Assembly (NCBI GenBank): GCA_963749495.1
Contig: CAVVMW010000010.1
Coordinates: 224,001-288,000 of the forward strand
Origin: an uncultured bacterium
Lineage (GTDB): Bacteria; Verrucomicrobiota; Verrucomicrobiia; Limisphaerales; UBA8199
Direction: 5' to 3'
Length of the DNA: 64,000 nt
Part shown: positions 61,829 through 64,000 of the stretch, piece by piece
Position numbering within the stretch: the first letter of the stretch is position 1
Layout: every line of letters starts with the position of its first letter
Made by a program: the position numbers and the translations under genes
Notes under the pieces: generated by a model
Seen by the model: only the letters and a program-made list of their open reading frames with translations
Databases searched by the model: none
Told to the model about the DNA's origin: nothing

Positions 61829-61963
61829 GGGCCGCATCTCAACATTTGACGTTTGGCAATCCATTTCGCATTTGACAGTGGGCGCTCGCCGCAACAACAT
61901 TGAAACATGATCACAGAAGAGCGTCTGTGTATGGGGCAAATGTCAAATGTTGAGATGTGACCC
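61829..61963. mobile_element. 135-bp MITE
   Basis: 27-bp inverted repeats with 3 mismatches: GGGCCGCATCTCAACATTTGACGTTTG and CAAATGTCAAATGTTGAGATGTGACCC. Confidence 0.75.
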
Positions 61964-62010
61964 AATGTTCACCCCCCGGAGGAAATTAGAATTGTGGAGC
62001 GCACAGCCAA

Positions 62011-62440
62011 ATGAAGCCGCTCGAAGCAGTCTTGGACACGAACGTCCTGGTTGCCGCCTTGCGTTCGCGCCGGGGCGCGTCGTTCGAATTTGCTGCGGCT
62101 GGCGGGCGATGGGCGCTGGCAGTTGCACCTGTCCACGGCATTGTTGCTTGAATACGAAGAAGTCGCGCGTCGCGAAGCGCAACGTTTCTGGCTGCATCCT
62201 GAACGGATTGAAGATGTGCTTGATTACCTGGCCGCGAGCGGGCGGGAGCACGCCATCAGTTTTCGCTGGCGTCCATTTCTGAATGACCCCGATGATGATT
62301 TCATTTTAGAACTCGCCGTCTCCGCGAATGCCCGCTATATTGTGGCGCACAATTTGAGAAATTTCGCGGGAGTGGGAAGTTTCGGAATCGAAGCCATCAC
62401 ACCGGCGCAAATGCTGATAAAACTGCGCGAGCTGAAATGA
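62011..62440 (+). CDS. PIN-domain putative toxin (frameshift near 62090)
   Basis: VLDTNVLVAALRSRRGASF / LLLEYEEV...DPDDDFILELAV...HNLRNF. Confidence 0.85.
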
Positions 62441-62697
62441 AGACCGTTGAAGCCCAAATTCCAGAGCCGGTGCTCAAGCAGGCGCAAGAGCTTGCGGAGC
62501 GCGAGAATGTTCCACTGGAGCAAATCATCACTCTCGCCGTCACTCAATCCATCGGAGTCTGGAGCAGCGAGAGCTACGTCGCCCTGCGCGCCAAGCGCGG
62601 CAGCCGGGAGAAGTTTCTCGATGCCCTAAAGGAAGTGCCGGACGTTGAACCGCCGGATTACGACCGGCTGCCGGAAGGGCATCGTTCCACTGGCTGA
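62437..62697 (+). CDS. RHH-type antitoxin partner of the PIN toxin
   Basis: IPEPVLKQAQELAERENV...RAKRGSREKFLDALKEVPDVEP. ATGA overlap with the toxin. Confidence 0.8.
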   Translation: MKTVEAQIPEPVLKQAQELAERENVPLEQIITLAVTQSIGVWSSESYVALRAKRGSREKFLDALKEVPDVEPPDYDRLPEGHRSTG

Positions 62698-62800
62698 CCG
62701 CATCCTCGCGGCGAAGCGGCGCGATGCCGAGGCGGACGCCACAGGCAATCTGCTGGACGCCCAAGCCGAGGCGCTGGTGAACACCATAACTTTTCACTGA
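62690..62800 (+). pseudogene. In-frame chimera of a type IIG RM C-terminus and a DarG macrodomain N-terminus
   Basis: LADRILAAKRRDAEADA | TGNLLDAQAEALVNT. Confidence 0.55.
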
Positions 62801-62939
62801 TGCCTTCCCACCAACTCGGTTCGGCTTGGGTCGTCGTCGTGCGCGCCACACCCGTTTAACTGAAGGACATCCCTCGTCTGGCCGGCTCGACCACGGACGT
62901 GTCGGGCATGCCGCTCCCCAGGAACCGACCCCAAGCCCG

Positions 62940-63103
62940 GAGGTTTTGGACTGCGGCAGTCCTCTGCCGCTTTCGCCTCGGCACCCAGGGGACACAAAAG
63001 CGGTCCCGATACTGCATCGGGACCGCAGTCCAAAACGCTTCGCGGGACGGGGACGCCCGGTCGAGGTTCGGGGGTTCAATGCGCCAAATCCCGTTTGGGG
63101 GAG
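62940..63103. repeat. Second copy of the 27833-28086 repeat family (inverted)
   Basis: TTTTGGACTGCGGCAGTCCTCTGCCGCTTT and AGGTTCGGGGGTTCAATGCGCCAAATCCCGTTTGGGGG. Confidence 0.75.
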
Positions 63104-63307
63104 TTCTTTCAGAGCTCCAGATCACCCCGGAAAGCCCCGCATACTCCGAACAGTCCGCGCTGTCCTTGGACAGGAGGGGCTCCAAGCGGCGCAAAGTGCC
63201 ACCCATGAGAAACTCTCGTAATGGCGCCTCTCGCCGATTCGGCCAGGGAATGCGCCCCTGGCCCGCAATCAAGAGCGCCTCTGCCCACACCCCCGCCGCG
63301 GCGCCCA

Positions 63308-63742
63308 ATGAGCCGCAACGGTAAAATCGCCCATCTCCCCCGCGCCATTCGCGACCAGCTCAACCAGCGGCTCGACGATGGCCAGGAAGCCAAGGAGCTC
63401 GCCGCCTGGCTCAATTCGCTGCCCGAGGTCCAGGCCGTGCTCACCACCCATTTCGAGCGCCGGCCCATCAACGAGGTCAACCTCTCCCAGTGGAAGCAGG
63501 GCGGCTTTGTCAATTGGCAAAGCCTCCAACAAAGGCGCGAGTGGCTCGCCCGGCTCATCGAAGCGTCGTTGACGTTGCGCGCCGGGAGACCCTCGCCCAG
63601 CTTCATGCCTCTGGCGACCCCTCCCTCCGGGCCCTGGCCGCCGAATTCTCAAAATGCCTGGGCGCCGAGGACGGCGGGCTACAGGCCACGAGCAGCCCGC
63701 TGGGGCCATCGGCCCCGCACTGCCCACCAGATCCACAATTAA
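63308..63742 (+). CDS. DUF3486/Mu gp27-like HTH protein, probably degenerate at the C-terminus
   Basis: GKIAHLPRAIRDQLNQRLDDG...LAAWLN...NLSQWKQGG. Confidence 0.55.
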   Translation: MSRNGKIAHLPRAIRDQLNQRLDDGQEAKELAAWLNSLPEVQAVLTTHFERRPINEVNLSQWKQGGFVNWQSLQQRREWLARLIEASLTLRAGRPSPSFMPLATPPSGPWPPNSQNAWAPRTAGYRPRAARWGHRPRTAHQIHN

Positions 63743-63933
63743 AGCCAATAAAAGCCAGATAAACCAGATAAACCTTATGCCGCTCGTTTTATCGCATTGA
63801 CTGGACTGGCGGCAACACCACTATTATCAATTGGTGTGACGATAGCCGGCTGCGCTAAGCTTCGGATTCAGGAAGAAACACGTTTGCCCTGGTGAACAGC
63901 ATGAAATCATACACGGCCAGCGGGGAGGGGGGA

Positions 63934-64000
63934 CCTTTGTCGCAGCCTTTGTCGGAACCTTTGTCGGATTGGCCATTTTTTGACAAAGGCTGCGACAAAG
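63934..64000. repeat. CCTTTGTCG palindromic array (same family as 475-552)
   Basis: Three CCTTTGTCG units, then inverted GACAAAG units running to the window edge. Confidence 0.8.

Overview
GC-rich bacterial window, probably Verrucomicrobiota. That assignment is inferred from a prepilin/H-X9-DG protein, a C-terminal RFYRL-type motif and the palindromic repeat style. Layout: (1) 0-8.9 kb accessory region with an esterase, a tRNA-Arg 3' fragment, a complete ISAs1-family IS with a 10-bp target duplication, a MITE, and a DUF2975/XRE module whose promoter and operator are duplicated in front of a second gene. (2) 8.9-17 kb remnant of a pipolin-like island. It starts at a tRNA-Leu(CAA) 5' half broken at the anticodon loop and carries a Lar-like gene, three modular zinc-ribbon/SHOCT membrane genes, a DnaB-like mini-domain and a primer-independent-type PolB (piPolB) cut at its N-terminus by a DUF6431-type transposon fragment. 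(3) 18.8-43.5 kb carbohydrate-active enzyme region (GH127, GH2, six-hairpin GH, GH172, GH129-like, GH38-like) mixed with toxin-antitoxin pairs and a two-gene IS. (4) 43.5-54.3 kb mostly housekeeping block (PfkB, accD, ComF, kinases, RluA, SET, DsbD). (5) 54.7-64 kb decayed prophage and defence debris with an HNH-HIRAN fusion gene, an ORF-less group II intron, several toxin-antitoxin loci and an RM/DarG deletion chimera. Many accessory genes carry single frameshifts, from assembly error or decay. All family calls come from motif recognition by eye; no database searches were run.
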